Part shown: positions 29,051 to 40,202 of the stretch, piece by piece | Layout: each line of letters begins with the position of its first letter | Position numbering within the stretch: position 1 is the first letter of the stretch | From: Candidatus Gottesmanbacteria bacterium GW2011_GWA2_43_14 | GTDB lineage: Bacteria; Patescibacteriota; Microgenomatia; 2-02-FULL-39-11 | Direction: 5' to 3' | Assembly: GCA_000999095.1 (NCBI GenBank) | Contig: LCFP01000002.1 | Span: 5,736 to 69,735 of the forward strand | Length of the DNA stretch: 64,000 nucleotides | Notes under the pieces: model-generated | Told to the model about the DNA's origin: nothing | The model's input: only the letters and a program-made list of their open reading frames with translations | Database searches by the model: none | Translations under genes and position numbers: made by a program

Positions 29051-31962
29051 ACGGAAAAATTATAGTTAAAGGAGCCCGGGAACACAATTTGAAAAATATC
29101 AGCCTGGAAATCCCTAAAAATAAGCTGATAGTATTTACGGGCGTTTCCGGCAGCGGCAAATCGTCACTGGCATTTGACACGATTTATGCGGAAGGGCAGA
29201 GGCGGTATGTGGAAAGTCTGTCATCCTACGCCCGTCAATTTCTGGGAATAATGGGCAAGCCGGATGTCGATTCAATCGAAGGCCTTTCACCGGCCATATC
29301 AATCGATCAAAAAAGCACTTCCCATAATCCGCGTTCAACCGTCGGCACCATAACGGAAATTTACGACTACCTTAGATTGTTATATGCCAGAACAGGTCAT
29401 CCTCATTGTCCTACCTGCGGCCGTGAAGTCGTCAGGCAGACCATCCAGCAAATTGCCGATAATGCACTTCAATTGGCTAAGAAATTATTAAAGAACAATC
29501 TGAAAAAAAGCGGGGTACGGCTGATGATCCTCTCCCCGGTTGTCAGGGATAGAAAAGGGGAGTTCAGCAAATTATTTGAAAATTTAAAAAGTAAAGGTTA
29601 CCCGGGGTTACGCATTGACCGGACTTTTTATTCCATGGATGAGGATTTTGTACTTCTAAAAACTAATAAGCACACAATCGAGGTCGTTGTCGACCGTATT
29701 ATTGTCAATAAAAACAACCTCAAGAATTCGGAAAGCCTCCTTATCAAAAGACTGACTGAAGCCGTTGAACAATCAGTCATGTTATCGCAGGGGCTGGTTC
29801 TGGTTTCGGAGATTGAGGACGCCTCATTTGATTTTCCGGAAAAACCGAAAAAATGGACGGACCATCTGTTTTCTGAAAAATTTGCCTGCCCCTGGTGTAA
29901 TATTTCCCTAAGTGAGATAGAACCGCGTATTTTTTCCTTTAACTCTCCCCACGGTGCCTGCAGCGAGTGCACGGGTATAGGGCACCTTCTCAAGGTTGAT
30001 CCCGATCTGATCATCAATTCCAATCTGTCGATAAGCGAAGGCGCCATTATACCTTTTTCCAAATTAATACTGGCCGATACCTGGTATGGCCGGATAGTCG
30101 CCAAAGCAGCCGGAGAGATAGGCATAGACCTAAGGAAACCTTTACAACTGGCCGGAACGGATAAAATTCAAAAATTGCTATACGGTACGGGTGACAGATT
30201 GTATGAAGTTTCGGGTGAAAACCGTCACGGCAGGATTGTCTCTATTGCCGAAACTTTCAAAGGCATTATTCCGGAACTGGAGAGGCGTTTCAGTGAAACA
30301 GAATCTGACTACGTCAGAACTGAGATCGGCAAATATCTCCGGCAGGAAGTCTGCCCTGCCTGCCAAGGTAAGCGGCTGAAGCCGGAAGCCCTCTCCGTGA
30401 CAATTAACGGCAAGTCCATAGTCGAGATAACTTCCTTGCCTATCACTAATGCGTTTTCCTGGGTAGAATCACTTTCCGAAAGCCAAAACAGCCGGGAAAA
30501 GGCCATTGCCGATTTGATAGTCCGTGAACTGAAAAACAGGCTGTCTTTTCTGATTTCGGTCGGACTTGATTATCTGACCTTGGAAAGAAGCGCCCAGTCC
30601 CTGGCCGGGGGCGAAGCCCAAAGGATACGCCTGGCTTCACAGATAGGCTCAGGTCTTACCGGCGTTTTGTATGTTTTGGATGAGCCGTCGATCGGCCTTC
30701 ACCAGCGAGACAATTTAAGGCTGATCGCTACTCTGGAACACCTTAAAAATTTGGGCAACACGGTCATTGTCGTAGAACACGATGCGGAAATGATAAGAAA
30801 TGCGGACTGTATCTTTGATTTCGGTCCGGCTGCAGGAGAACACGGTGGAAAGATTATAGCTTCAGGCACGGTCACGGAAATTCAAAACAACACAAAATCC
30901 CTGACCGGCGATTATCTGTCGGGACGCAAAAAAGTCACCCGCAGCCTGAATCTTCTGACGGAAATGCCGGAAAAGAATTCCGAACTCGTCATTACCGGTT
31001 GCCGGGAAAATAACCTTAAAAATATAAATGCGAAATTTCCGCTTAAGAAATTGATTTGCGTCACCGGCGTTTCCGGCAGCGGCAAATCTACCCTGGTCGT
31101 TGACACTTTATATAGGGCGCTTTATAACCACTTTAACCCGTACTCGCGCGAAAAAGGAGGTAAATACGACCGTCTGGACGGTCTGGAACTGGTTAAAAAA
31201 GTCATCCTGATTGACCAGTCGCCGATTGGACGCACACCCCGCAGCAATCCCGCGACCTACACCGGTTGTTTTACTTTCATCAGGGAACTCTTTGCCCAGA
31301 CGCCGGAAGCCAGGGTCAGAGGCTGGCGGCCGGGAAGATTTTCCTTCAATGTCAAAGGCGGCCGCTGCGAAGTATGCGAAGGCGAGGGACAAACCAAAAT
31401 AGAAATGCAATTTATGCCGGACGTTTACATCACCTGCGATGTTTGCCATGGATCCCGTTATAACAATGAAACATTGGAAGTCAGGTATAAAGATAAAAAC
31501 ATCGCCGATGTCCTGAAAATGACGGTTGAGGAAGCTCTCTCATATTTTATCCATATACCCGGGCTTTACGGGAAAATGCAGACTTTGCACCAGGTGGGAC
31601 TCTCCTATATAAGGCTCGGCCAGCCGGCACCGCACCTTTCGGGAGGCGAAGCTCAGAGAGTCAAGCTGGCCAGTGAACTCTCCAAAAAAAGTACCCGCGA
31701 TACCATATATATCCTGGATGAGCCGACGACCGGTCTTCATTTTGCCGACTTGCAGAATCTTTTGAATGTGCTTCATTCCCTGGTCAGCTTGGGAAATACA
31801 GTCATTGTCATTGAACATAATCTGGATATCATCAGGTGGGCTGACTGGATTATTGATTTGGGTCCGGAGGGCGGTGACCGCGGAGGACAAATCCTTATAT
31901 GCGGCCTCCCGAAAACTGTTTCTGAAGCCAAAAACTCCTTTACCGGCCGGTATATCCGTTAA
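29047..31962 (+). CDS. uvrA: Excinuclease ABC subunit A
   Basis: 'GAREHNLKN', two 'GVSGSGKS' motifs, zinc fingers, 'LSGGEAQR'. Confidence 0.97.
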   Translation: MNGKIIVKGAREHNLKNISLEIPKNKLIVFTGVSGSGKSSLAFDTIYAEGQRRYVESLSSYARQFLGIMGKPDVDSIEGLSPAISIDQKSTSHNPRSTVGTITEIYDYLRLLYARTGHPHCPTCGREVVRQTIQQIADNALQLAKKLLKNNLKKSGVRLMILSPVVRDRKGEFSKLFENLKSKGYPGLRIDRTFYSMDEDFVLLKTNKHTIEVVVDRIIVNKNNLKNSESLLIKRLTEAVEQSVMLSQGLVLVSEIEDASFDFPEKPKKWTDHLFSEKFACPWCNISLSEIEPRIFSFNSPHGACSECTGIGHLLKVDPDLIINSNLSISEGAIIPFSKLILADTWYGRIVAKAAGEIGIDLRKPLQLAGTDKIQKLLYGTGDRLYEVSGENRHGRIVSIAETFKGIIPELERRFSETESDYVRTEIGKYLRQEVCPACQGKRLKPEALSVTINGKSIVEITSLPITNAFSWVESLSESQNSREKAIADLIVRELKNRLSFLISVGLDYLTLERSAQSLAGGEAQRIRLASQIGSGLTGVLYVLDEPSIGLHQRDNLRLIATLEHLKNLGNTVIVVEHDAEMIRNADCIFDFGPAAGEHGGKIIASGTVTEIQNNTKSLTGDYLSGRKKVTRSLNLLTEMPEKNSELVITGCRENNLKNINAKFPLKKLICVTGVSGSGKSTLVVDTLYRALYNHFNPYSREKGGKYDRLDGLELVKKVILIDQSPIGRTPRSNPATYTGCFTFIRELFAQTPEARVRGWRPGRFSFNVKGGRCEVCEGEGQTKIEMQFMPDVYITCDVCHGSRYNNETLEVRYKDKNIADVLKMTVEEALSYFIHIPGLYGKMQTLHQVGLSYIRLGQPAPHLSGGEAQRVKLASELSKKSTRDTIYILDEPTTGLHFADLQNLLNVLHSLVSLGNTVIVIEHNLDIIRWADWIIDLGPEGGDRGGQILICGLPKTVSEAKNSFTGRYIR

Positions 31963-31968
31963 ATAAGT

Positions 31969-33276
31969 ATGACTAACTTTTCCCTGTCTGATTTAAATAG
32001 GATACCGGAGACAACCGGTGTTTATCTTTTTCAGGATAAAAATCGCCGGATTATATATATAGGCAAAGCCGTCAACCTGAAAAAAAGAGTCCAATCATAC
32101 TTCCGGGCAGATTTCTACGACGCTAAAAAAAAGCGTCTTGTGGAGAATGTCAGTGAAATTTCATTAATCGAGGTGCGCAATGAATTTGAAGCCCTCATTC
32201 TGGAAGCCAAACTCATTAAGCAAAATCAACCTAAATACAACATCTCTTTAAAGGATGACAAACAGTATATCTATCTGATTGTTACAGACGATGAGTATCC
32301 CAGAATTTTACTGGCCAGGAAAATAGACACGCAAGGCGAACTTTTCGGACCCTTTCCCTCAAAAAAGACTGTCAAGGTAATTATCGGCCTGTTGAGATCC
32401 ATTTTTCCCTTCTGCACGCAAAAACCCAAAAGCAAAAGAAGTTGTTTTTACAGCCATCTGGGACTTTGCATACCTTGCCCGGCGGCAATCAGAATAATGC
32501 CGAAAAAAGAAGCTCAGGAGGCAAAAAAACTGTATTTAGGCAATATCCGCCGGATCAAAAAAATACTTAAAGGATCAATCGACCAGGTAAGCAGGGAATT
32601 AACCCAGAAAATGACGGAGTTATCCCGGCAAAACAAGTATGAAGAGGCAGCTGTCATCCGGGATCAGCTGAAAAAGCTGGAGGAAATTACCGAAGTAAAA
32701 TTCCGTCCCGATCAGTATATGGATAACCCTTATTTAGCGGCCAATCTCAAGCAAAAAGAACAGCAGATGCTTGAAGAGTCGTTAAGCCGGGTATTAAACC
32801 GCAAAGTCAAAGCGGAAACGATAGAATGCTATGACATCAGCAATCTGTCCGGCCAACACGCGACCGGCTCGATGGTAACTTTCCACTTGGGTTGGCCTGA
32901 CAAAAAACGCTACCGGCATTTCCGCATCAAAACCATGTCAACTCCTGACGATTACAACATGCTTCATGAGGTTATTGTCCGTCGGTTGAGGCACAGCGAA
33001 TGGCCGTTGCCTGACTTGTTCATAGTAGACGGTGGGGAAAACCAATTAAAGGTATTTTTGCAGGTCTTACAAAAGCTGGAATTGAATATTCCGGCAATTG
33101 CCTTAGCCAAACGCTTTGAAAAAATTTATTATGCCGCTTCTGATGGTATCGGAACACTGGAATTTTCAAGGGATACCCCGGCCTTGCAGTTGGTGCAGCG
33201 GTTGCGGGACGAAGCCCACAGGTTTGCCGGACGCTACCACCGTCTGCTGAGAATTAAATATTTATTAAATGGTTGA
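31969..33276 (+). CDS. uvrC: Excinuclease ABC subunit C (short; lacks C-terminal HhH)
   Basis: GIY-YIG 'GVYLF..IYIGKA', UVR motif 'YEEAAVIRD', RNase H-like 'ECYDISN', 'VDGG', 'RDEAHRFA'. Confidence 0.9.
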   Translation: MTNFSLSDLNRIPETTGVYLFQDKNRRIIYIGKAVNLKKRVQSYFRADFYDAKKKRLVENVSEISLIEVRNEFEALILEAKLIKQNQPKYNISLKDDKQYIYLIVTDDEYPRILLARKIDTQGELFGPFPSKKTVKVIIGLLRSIFPFCTQKPKSKRSCFYSHLGLCIPCPAAIRIMPKKEAQEAKKLYLGNIRRIKKILKGSIDQVSRELTQKMTELSRQNKYEEAAVIRDQLKKLEEITEVKFRPDQYMDNPYLAANLKQKEQQMLEESLSRVLNRKVKAETIECYDISNLSGQHATGSMVTFHLGWPDKKRYRHFRIKTMSTPDDYNMLHEVIVRRLRHSEWPLPDLFIVDGGENQLKVFLQVLQKLELNIPAIALAKRFEKIYYAASDGIGTLEFSRDTPALQLVQRLRDEAHRFAGRYHRLLRIKYLLNG

Positions 33277-33312
33277 CATGTGCTACTCTCCAATAGTATT
33301 TAACTCGAAATT

Positions 33313-33711
33313 ATGAAAACAATTATCCGGAAATATTTTGCCGCTGTTTTTTCAATTGCTATTGTCTCGCAACTGAAAACCGGACTGGTGCTGGAAAACG
33401 GCTGGCAAAACACAGCCTCTGCGGCAGCACTTTTAACGGTTATTCTTTTTATCAAACCCCTGATTGACGCCCTTATGCTGCCTTTAAACCTGCTGACATT
33501 GAATCTTACAAACTGGCTTATGTATATTACCTTAATCTTTATCTGGTCGCTGCTTTCCTGGCAGGTTAATTTAACTACATTTAATTTTCAGGGGGCAAAA
33601 ATCGGTCCGATTGCCCTGTCTGCCGCTTTATTGCCGGCCTGGCAGGCAGGCATCCTATCTGCTCTGTTGGTAGTTTTAATTTTAAAATTTTTCGGCTGGC
33701 TGTTTCGGTAA
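33313..33711 (+). CDS. YvlD/DUF360 (4-TM phage holin-like) membrane protein
   Basis: 'IKPL..LMLPLNLLTL'; position beside uvr/yvcK. Confidence 0.65.
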   Translation: MKTIIRKYFAAVFSIAIVSQLKTGLVLENGWQNTASAAALLTVILFIKPLIDALMLPLNLLTLNLTNWLMYITLIFIWSLLSWQVNLTTFNFQGAKIGPIALSAALLPAWQAGILSALLVVLILKFFGWLFR

Positions 33712-34701
33712 ATGAAAAATAAATCCTATATTGTCATCGGAGGCGGAACAGGCACTTTTTCAGTCCTTACCGGTCTCAAAAAATACACAGATAATATCGC
33801 CGCTGTTGTTTCCATGGCTGATTCGGGCGGCAGTGCCAAGAAAGAACGTGATGAGTGGGGTTTGCTCCCTTCAAGCGATATCCGTAAATCACTGCTGGCT
33901 CTGGCAGACGTCTCTGCCCAGGACAGCCTTATTCTTCGTAAGCTATTTGAATACCGTTTTGCCAAGGGAATAGGCGTATCGGGCATGACATTCGGAAATC
34001 TTTTTCTGGTGGCCCTGTCGGATATCGTCAAATCACAAACCAAGGGAATTGAAATGGCCAGTGAACTTCTGAGGATTCGCGGTAAAGTATTGCCGGTTTC
34101 TCTGGACAAAGTCGATCTGGTCGCCGAATACGCTGACGGGTCGGTTGTTATCGGTGAGCATGATATTGACGAACCCGTTCATAACGGCCGCATCAAAATT
34201 GAGAAACTATACCTTAAGCCGCAGGCGAAAATTTCTCCGCACACCAAAAATGCGATTGCTGAGGCTGATGTTATTATTATCGGTCCCGGAGGGTTTTACA
34301 CTACTGTCATTGCCAATCTGGTAGTTGACGGAGTTGCCCAGGCAATCAACAACTCCAAAGCGAAAAAAGTATTTATCATGAATCTGATGACGGAATACGG
34401 CCAAACGTTCGGCTTTTCCGCCAGTGATTTCATCAGGGAAATGAACAAATACATCATTGTCAACGGATTGGATTATGTTTTGGTAAATAAGTCGCCGATT
34501 CCGGAAAAAATTCTGAAGAGATATTCCCAATTCCGGGCAACACCCGTTGTCAATGACCTTACGGGTGACTGGCCATTCAGAGTAGTCGGTCTGGATCTGC
34601 TGTCAAAAACAATTGTGCGAAAACAACCCGGCGACACCTTAAGAAGAAGCCTTGTCAGGCATGATCCGGAAGCGATTGCCCGATTCTGTCTCAAAATCTG
34701 A
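33712..34701 (+). CDS. yvcK: YvcK/GlmR (CofD-like) gluconeogenesis factor
   Basis: 'IGGGTG', 'MADSGGS', 'SDIR', 'GNLFL', 'IGPG', 'VRHDP'. Confidence 0.88.
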   Translation: MKNKSYIVIGGGTGTFSVLTGLKKYTDNIAAVVSMADSGGSAKKERDEWGLLPSSDIRKSLLALADVSAQDSLILRKLFEYRFAKGIGVSGMTFGNLFLVALSDIVKSQTKGIEMASELLRIRGKVLPVSLDKVDLVAEYADGSVVIGEHDIDEPVHNGRIKIEKLYLKPQAKISPHTKNAIAEADVIIIGPGGFYTTVIANLVVDGVAQAINNSKAKKVFIMNLMTEYGQTFGFSASDFIREMNKYIIVNGLDYVLVNKSPIPEKILKRYSQFRATPVVNDLTGDWPFRVVGLDLLSKTIVRKQPGDTLRRSLVRHDPEAIARFCLKI

Positions 34702-34747
34702 ATCCGTCTGCCGGGAAAAAAGAGCCGTAATAGGGTATAATAGGAAT

Positions 34748-34966
34748 ATGCTTCAAATCCTGGTCATTGTTCAAATCATCATTTCCCTGACTCTTCTGGT
34801 CACTATTCTCATTCAGGCAAAAGGTGTGGGATTGGGAAGGGCATGGGGGGGCGGCGGTGAATTCTATAAAAGCCGGCGCGGTGTGGAAAAAGTAATCTTC
34901 CGCCTGACGATCGTTTTGGTTGCCCTGTTTTTGATATCATCTGTTTTAAACGTCATCTATCTTTAG
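34748..34966 (+). CDS. secG: Preprotein translocase subunit SecG
   Basis: Two TM segments; 'ILIQAKGVGLG..GGG..RRGVEK'. Confidence 0.9.
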   Translation: MLQILVIVQIIISLTLLVTILIQAKGVGLGRAWGGGGEFYKSRRGVEKVIFRLTIVLVALFLISSVLNVIYL

Positions 34967-34977
34967 CACTTCAATTC

Positions 34978-36315
34978 ATGCGTAAACACTTGCTGTATTG
35001 GATGTTTTTTATCCAAACGTTTTTAAAACGCCATTCCAAACAAATTATATTTGCCGGAATCAGCGGTTTTCTGGCTACTTTGTTTATCTTTCAAATCTAT
35101 CCGTACCTCTCAATGATGGCAGGCAGGAAACACCAAAGAATCGGCCTCATCGGCAATTACACCGTCAATAACCTGCCTTTGTCCATTCAAAACAAAATCA
35201 GTTTCGGTTTGACCGGAATCCTGCCGGACGGACAGGCTACCGAAGCGGCAGGACTATCCTATTCCGTGGAAAATAACCTGATTTACAAATTTAAAATTAA
35301 GCCGAATTTGAAATGGCATGACGGTAAACAGCTCACCGCCGGGGATGTCAACTACCGCATACAGGGCGCAGAATTGAAAGCCGAGGACAATTATACGCTG
35401 GAAATAAAACTCAAGGATGCTTACGCACCTTTGCCGATTCTCCTAAGCCAGCCCTTATTCCGCGAACGACTTATCGGCTTGGGACTCTACCGGGTTGCCC
35501 GGCTGGTCAAAGCCCAGGGAAGCGACCAGATCAGCGAACTGACTATTATTCCTGACAGCAAGGATTTGCCTTCGGAAACTTACCGCTTTTATTCGACCAA
35601 AAAAGATGCTGTCTTGGCTTTTAAGCTGGGGGAAGTTGATTCACTTCAGGATCTGGATAACGTTCAGGAAGTAAAATCATGGAAAAATCTGGAAGTCAGC
35701 GAAAAAACGCTTTACAACCGTGTAATCACCCTCTTTTATAATTTGGATGTAGCCAAATTCAAAGACAAAGAAATAAGACAGGCGTTTGCTTATGCCATTC
35801 CGCCGTATGATACTTATGAGAAGGCAGCCTCACCGATTTCCCCCCTGTCGTGGGCCTATTCGCAGAAACTGAGACTTTACCAGTATGACCAGGAGACTGC
35901 CGCTAAAATCCTCTCCAAAAGCCCACTAGCCACGTCTTCGTCGGAACTTGTTTTGACTTCACCGGTATCAACCTTAAATCTGGCCCAACATCTGGTTGAT
36001 GCCTGGACCAAAGTCGGCGTCAACGTCAAAATCAGGGTTGACAACGGCATTCCGGAAAAATACGACATGCTGCTGCGAACCATACCCATTCCTCCTGATC
36101 CGGACCAGTATTACCTCTGGCAGTCAACCCAGCAAAATACCAATCTCTCAAATTACTCCAGCGCCAAGATAGACCAGCTGCTGGAAGTAGGGCGCAAAAC
36201 TTTGGATTGGGAGCAGAGGAAAAAAATATATGCGGATTTCCAGTTTTATCTGGTAGACGATGCGCCTGCCATTTTCCTTTATTACCCTAAAAGCTACCAA
36301 ATTGTCAGAAAATAA
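34978..36315 (+). CDS. ABC transporter substrate-binding protein (family 5)
   Basis: 'KWHDGKQLTAGDV', 'IRQAFAYAI', 'DPDQYYLW', 'DAPAIFLY'. Confidence 0.85.
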   Translation: MRKHLLYWMFFIQTFLKRHSKQIIFAGISGFLATLFIFQIYPYLSMMAGRKHQRIGLIGNYTVNNLPLSIQNKISFGLTGILPDGQATEAAGLSYSVENNLIYKFKIKPNLKWHDGKQLTAGDVNYRIQGAELKAEDNYTLEIKLKDAYAPLPILLSQPLFRERLIGLGLYRVARLVKAQGSDQISELTIIPDSKDLPSETYRFYSTKKDAVLAFKLGEVDSLQDLDNVQEVKSWKNLEVSEKTLYNRVITLFYNLDVAKFKDKEIRQAFAYAIPPYDTYEKAASPISPLSWAYSQKLRLYQYDQETAAKILSKSPLATSSSELVLTSPVSTLNLAQHLVDAWTKVGVNVKIRVDNGIPEKYDMLLRTIPIPPDPDQYYLWQSTQQNTNLSNYSSAKIDQLLEVGRKTLDWEQRKKIYADFQFYLVDDAPAIFLYYPKSYQIVRK

Positions 36316-36370
36316 AAAATTAATCGCGGAATTTCACGCTGATATGATAAAATGAGATGAAATACTGTCT

Positions 36371-36459
36371 GCCGCGGTGGCGAAACAGGTATACGCGCAG
36401 GACTTAAAATTCTGTGATCTTAATCGATCGTGTGGGTTCGATTCCCTCCCGCGGCACCA
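36371..36459 (+). tRNA. tRNA-Leu(TAA)
   Basis: CAGGA-CTTAAAA-TTCTG anticodon arm; long variable arm; GGTTCGATTCC; encoded CCA. Confidence 0.95.
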
Positions 36460-36549
36460 TGTAGGAAAAGTCAAAGAGTTTTAGTTCGCCTCGCCTCGCT
36501 CGGCGGCTAGTTGGTATTCAATTTTGGGGGAAGAAAATTTTTTAATCAT

Positions 36550-37077
36550 ATGAGTCAAAAAGGATTTATATATATAGTTATCATCATTTTTGTCGTTGCA
36601 ATTGCTGGTACAATTGGATACTTTGCTTTGTTAAAAAAACAAACACCGACTACTGAAACGAACCAACTGCAACAGACAAACACGCCAGTAACGCCCCAAA
36701 TACAGACAACAAAAAATAATCCAACCGCAACACCGCCGCCAGTCACTCCTAAAAGTGTAACTCAAAAAAATGTTGATGATTGCAATTCCATTAGTAATTC
36801 GTCTTTCCGCTCGATTAACCAATACGAGGTTGGACTTGGACCCAATGGTCCAGCGATGGGATATTGGGGCATTCAATTTCAGAAAGGCACAACTCTCTCT
36901 GACTATGGTGAGCCAACATTTCAGTGGGGCCACTCCGATGTTTCCGAAAGCGGTACCTATACCTGCAAGGACAATGTTTTGCAGGTTAAATTTTTTGCCT
37001 ACTCTATTACCGCTTACTACGATGGGAGCAAAAAAATCTTGACCTGGGATGGTGTTGAATATAAGAAAGTTGAATGA
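36550..37077 (+). CDS. Membrane-anchored/secreted hypothetical protein with pilin-like 'QKGF' leader
   Basis: 'MSQKGFIYIVIIIFVVAIAG', T/P-rich linker, Cys pair. Confidence 0.7.
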   Translation: MSQKGFIYIVIIIFVVAIAGTIGYFALLKKQTPTTETNQLQQTNTPVTPQIQTTKNNPTATPPPVTPKSVTQKNVDDCNSISNSSFRSINQYEVGLGPNGPAMGYWGIQFQKGTTLSDYGEPTFQWGHSDVSESGTYTCKDNVLQVKFFAYSITAYYDGSKKILTWDGVEYKKVE

Positions 37078-37201
37078 CATTTGATAATTTTTCCTAATAG
37101 ATTTTGCCGTCAAAAAAAACTTGAAATTGTCAGCAGTGCGGCTCTGCCGCCTTTCCGAATTTTCGTGGGGGGGGTATTCCTCGTCTCCGCAGGCGAAATG
37201 C

Positions 37202-37228
37202 GTTCGGACTAATTCAAGAATACGGTAC
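37202..37228 (-). repeat. att-like site F (tRNA-Leu)
   Basis: Minus strand gtac-cgtattcttgaattag-tccgaac (N16); reads YRILELVRTHF. Confidence 0.7.
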
Positions 37229-37285
37229 ATGTAAAAATATCTTGACACTTTTTTCAACTGAGCTTAAGATGAACCTATTTCCCAT

Positions 37286-38326
37286 ATGCTTAAATTTCTG
37301 AAAAAAAGATTTAAACTGATCGTTATTTTAGCAGTTATTGCCGCTCTTACACTGTTGTATACCAGCCGCAGCCGGGCCCAGCAAAAAAAAGAAGAAACAG
37401 CCAAAGTCAAAACCGGCAAACTCGAAGAAGTTCTGACCATATCGGGAACAATTGATGCTGAGGAAAAAGCCACCTTGCGTTTCCAGACCTCAGGCAGGCT
37501 TGCCTGGATCGGTGTCAAGGAAGGCGATATGGTGGAAAAATACCAGGGTATTGCCTCACTGGACAAAAGGGATGTGGAAAAGAATCTGAAAAAGAAAATG
37601 CTCTCATACATGAATGAAAGATGGGACTTTGAACAGTCCCATGATGATTATGACATCCGCGGCAGGCCGATAAACGATATCGGCGAACTGACTGTTGAAG
37701 AAAGACGTATCCTGGAAAAAGCCCAATTTGACCTTGACTCAACTGTATTGGATGTTGAAATCCAGAATTTAGCCGTCGAATATGCCAACCTGTGGACTCC
37801 CATTGCCGGTATCGTCACCAAGGTGGCAATACCCTTTGCCGGTATGAACATTACCCCGGCGCTGGCTGAGTTTGAAATCATCAACCCTTCCAGCATTTAT
37901 TTTTCAGCTATTGCCGATGAAACTGAAGTAACCCAACTGAAGGAAAATCTGGCCGGCGCATTGATTCTTGATGCCTTTCCTGACAATAATCTTACGGGTA
38001 TTATCGACAGAATTTCCTTCGTACCCAAAGCCGGAGAAACCGGCACCGTCTATGAAGTCAAATTTAAGTTTAGGAACACGATCGGCAGCAACAATTACCG
38101 GATAGGCATGGCAGGTGACGTCGACTTTATCGTAGGTTCAATCGACAAGGCCGTATTTATACCGACCAAATTTGTTCAGGAGGAAGATTCCAGGACTTTT
38201 GTCTTCGTTAAACGGCAAGGTAAAAATGAAAAAGTTATGATCAAAACCGGCGAGGAAATCAACGGGGATACCGTCATTTTATCGGGCCTTAAAGTTAATG
38301 AAACGGTCGTCCTGCCTGAAAAATGA
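37286..38326 (+). CDS. Efflux membrane-fusion (MacA/HlyD-like) adaptor
   Basis: N-terminal TM; 'GVKEGDMV'; coiled coil; 'TPIAGIV'; 'ADETEV'; 'RIGM'. Confidence 0.85.
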   Translation: MLKFLKKRFKLIVILAVIAALTLLYTSRSRAQQKKEETAKVKTGKLEEVLTISGTIDAEEKATLRFQTSGRLAWIGVKEGDMVEKYQGIASLDKRDVEKNLKKKMLSYMNERWDFEQSHDDYDIRGRPINDIGELTVEERRILEKAQFDLDSTVLDVEIQNLAVEYANLWTPIAGIVTKVAIPFAGMNITPALAEFEIINPSSIYFSAIADETEVTQLKENLAGALILDAFPDNNLTGIIDRISFVPKAGETGTVYEVKFKFRNTIGSNNYRIGMAGDVDFIVGSIDKAVFIPTKFVQEEDSRTFVFVKRQGKNEKVMIKTGEEINGDTVILSGLKVNETVVLPEK

Positions 38327-38988
38327 TAATTCTTGACCATGTCAACAAAATCTACCAGATCGACGGAGAAGAATTTTACGCCCTGCGTGATATCAGTCTG
38401 GAAGTAAAAGAGGGGGAATTCACAGCCATCCTGGGTCCTTCAGGCTGCGGCAAATCAACCCTGATGCACATAATCGGGCTTCTGGATACTCCCACCTCAG
38501 GCAAATTACTGATTAACAAAAAAAACGTGACCAAATTGGATGACAACGAACTTTCCCGACTGCGCAATGAATTTGCCGGGTTTATTTTCCAGCAGTTCAA
38601 TCTCATCAATAAACTGACTGTGCTGGAAAATATCCTCCTGCCGACCATTTATTCCGCAAAAAAGTACACTTATGATCCTAAGACCAGAGCCTTGGAACTG
38701 ATGGACCGTTTCGGTATCATCAACAAACAGAAATCATATCCCAACAAACTGTCAGGCGGACAGCAGCAGCGGGTAGCTATTGCCCGGGCACTTCTGAATG
38801 AGCCTAAAATTATTCTGGCTGATGAACCGACCGGCAATCTTGACTCGAAAACCGGCAGGACTATCCTGGATCTGATCAGGGAATTGAACCAAAAAGAAAG
38901 TATCACCGTAGTTCTAGTCACCCACGATCGGGAAATTGCCGAATCATGCAGGCGTCATATCAGTATGCTGGACGGTAAAATCGTCTGA
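38323..38988 (+). CDS. MacB/LolD-like ABC ATP-binding protein
   Basis: 'GPSGCGKST', '[15 protein letters not shown]', 'ADEPTGNLD'. Confidence 0.93.
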   Translation: MIILDHVNKIYQIDGEEFYALRDISLEVKEGEFTAILGPSGCGKSTLMHIIGLLDTPTSGKLLINKKNVTKLDDNELSRLRNEFAGFIFQQFNLINKLTVLENILLPTIYSAKKYTYDPKTRALELMDRFGIINKQKSYPNKLSGGQQQRVAIARALLNEPKIILADEPTGNLDSKTGRTILDLIRELNQKESITVVLVTHDREIAESCRRHISMLDGKIV

Positions 38989-38999
38989 GCCGACATTTT

Positions 39000-40202
39000 A
39001 TGGGCATCCTTCTGTCAATCATCAGGACATCTTTATGGGATTTCAGCCGTAACTTACTTCGGACTTTTCTGACTTCACTGGGGATTCTGATCGGGGTATC
39101 CTCTGTAATTTTGCTGGTGTCGCTGGGGGTCGGACTGAAAAATTATATCGGTGATCAATTTGAAAATCTCGGTAGCAATATCCTGATTGTCATGCCAGGG
39201 CAAATTTTCGGCAACAGCATGTCCCAGGGCGGTAATTTCTCGGGCATTACCTTTACCGAAAAGGATTTCCTGAATATCGCTAAAATCAAAGGCATAAAAG
39301 CTGTCGCTCCCGCATATGTCAAGACAGTTACCGCCGCATTCGAAGGAAAAACCGAGATCGGCAGCTACTACGGCACCACCGCAGATATATTTTCAATGAG
39401 GAATCTGGAAGCGGAGTACGGAGAGGTATTTTTACCGGGCGATGTCAGCAAAAGAAAAAAAATAATGGTTCTGGGACCGAAAATTGCCGAAAAACTGTTC
39501 GGGAATAAGGAAGATGCCGTCGGCAAAACCGTCAAAATTGACGAACAAGGTTTTAGAGTAACGGGAATACTCAGGTCAAAAGGCGGAGGAGGATTCGGCG
39601 GTCCTGATTTTGACTCCTTCCTTTACATTCCCTATAAGTCTTCACCGAAAATAAACCAGGAGAAAAAATTTTCCGTCATCAATTTTCAGGCCGATAAAGA
39701 ATCCGCCATTGAAAAAACCAAAGATTCGGTGACGGCTTTATTGGAGAAAACATACGATGAGGAAGATTTTTCCGTCATCGAACAGTCGCAGATCCAGGAA
39801 ACCGTAACCTCCATTTTCGCAATTTTAAACAGTGTTCTTGTCGCTATCGCCGCAATTTCTTTGGTTGTCGGCGGTATCGGCATTATGAATATCATGTACA
39901 TAACCGTCACCGAAAGAATCCGGGAAATTGGTATCAGAAGGGCTATGGGTGCCACCCGCAATAATATCCTGATGCAGTTTTTATTCGAGGCGGTTTTTCT
40001 GTCGACTATCGGCGGCAGTTTCGGGTTGCTGCTGTCCTATTTGATAGTTCTGATCGGTTCCCGCTTTTTCCCCCTGGCTATAGATGTCATGAGTGTAGCG
40101 GCAGCTTTGACTGTTTCAACATCCATCGGCGTCGTTTTCGGTGTTCTGCCGGCCCGTAAAGCCGCGCTCCTGTCACCTGTGGAAGCTATCCGTTATGAAT
40201 AA
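39000..40202 (+). CDS. MacB/FtsX-family ABC permease
   Basis: 'RTFLTSLGILIG', 'VGGIGIMNIM..VTER.REIGIR'. Confidence 0.92.
   Translation: MGILLSIIRTSLWDFSRNLLRTFLTSLGILIGVSSVILLVSLGVGLKNYIGDQFENLGSNILIVMPGQIFGNSMSQGGNFSGITFTEKDFLNIAKIKGIKAVAPAYVKTVTAAFEGKTEIGSYYGTTADIFSMRNLEAEYGEVFLPGDVSKRKKIMVLGPKIAEKLFGNKEDAVGKTVKIDEQGFRVTGILRSKGGGGFGGPDFDSFLYIPYKSSPKINQEKKFSVINFQADKESAIEKTKDSVTALLEKTYDEEDFSVIEQSQIQETVTSIFAILNSVLVAIAAISLVVGGIGIMNIMYITVTERIREIGIRRAMGATRNNILMQFLFEAVFLSTIGGSFGLLLSYLIVLIGSRFFPLAIDVMSVAAALTVSTSIGVVFGVLPARKAALLSPVEAIRYE

Larger units (their letters stand above)
36458..37228. mobile_element. ~770-bp non-autonomous mini-island at the tRNA-Leu 3' end
   Basis: Left junction cggcaccatgta (tRNA end) versus right junction cggtacatgta; distal site gttcgga-N16-gtac; carries one ORF. 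Confidence 0.65.

Noticed and set aside
33313-33711. Holin-like gene as evidence of a prophage
   Set aside because: YvlD/DUF360 sits in its usual uvr-yvcK housekeeping context, and no phage genes are nearby.
36631-37257. 208-aa minus-strand ORF as an intact recombinase
   Set aside because: It is mostly antisense to the 36550-37077 gene; only the att-associated YRILELVRTHF segment is meaningful, and there are no catalytic motifs.
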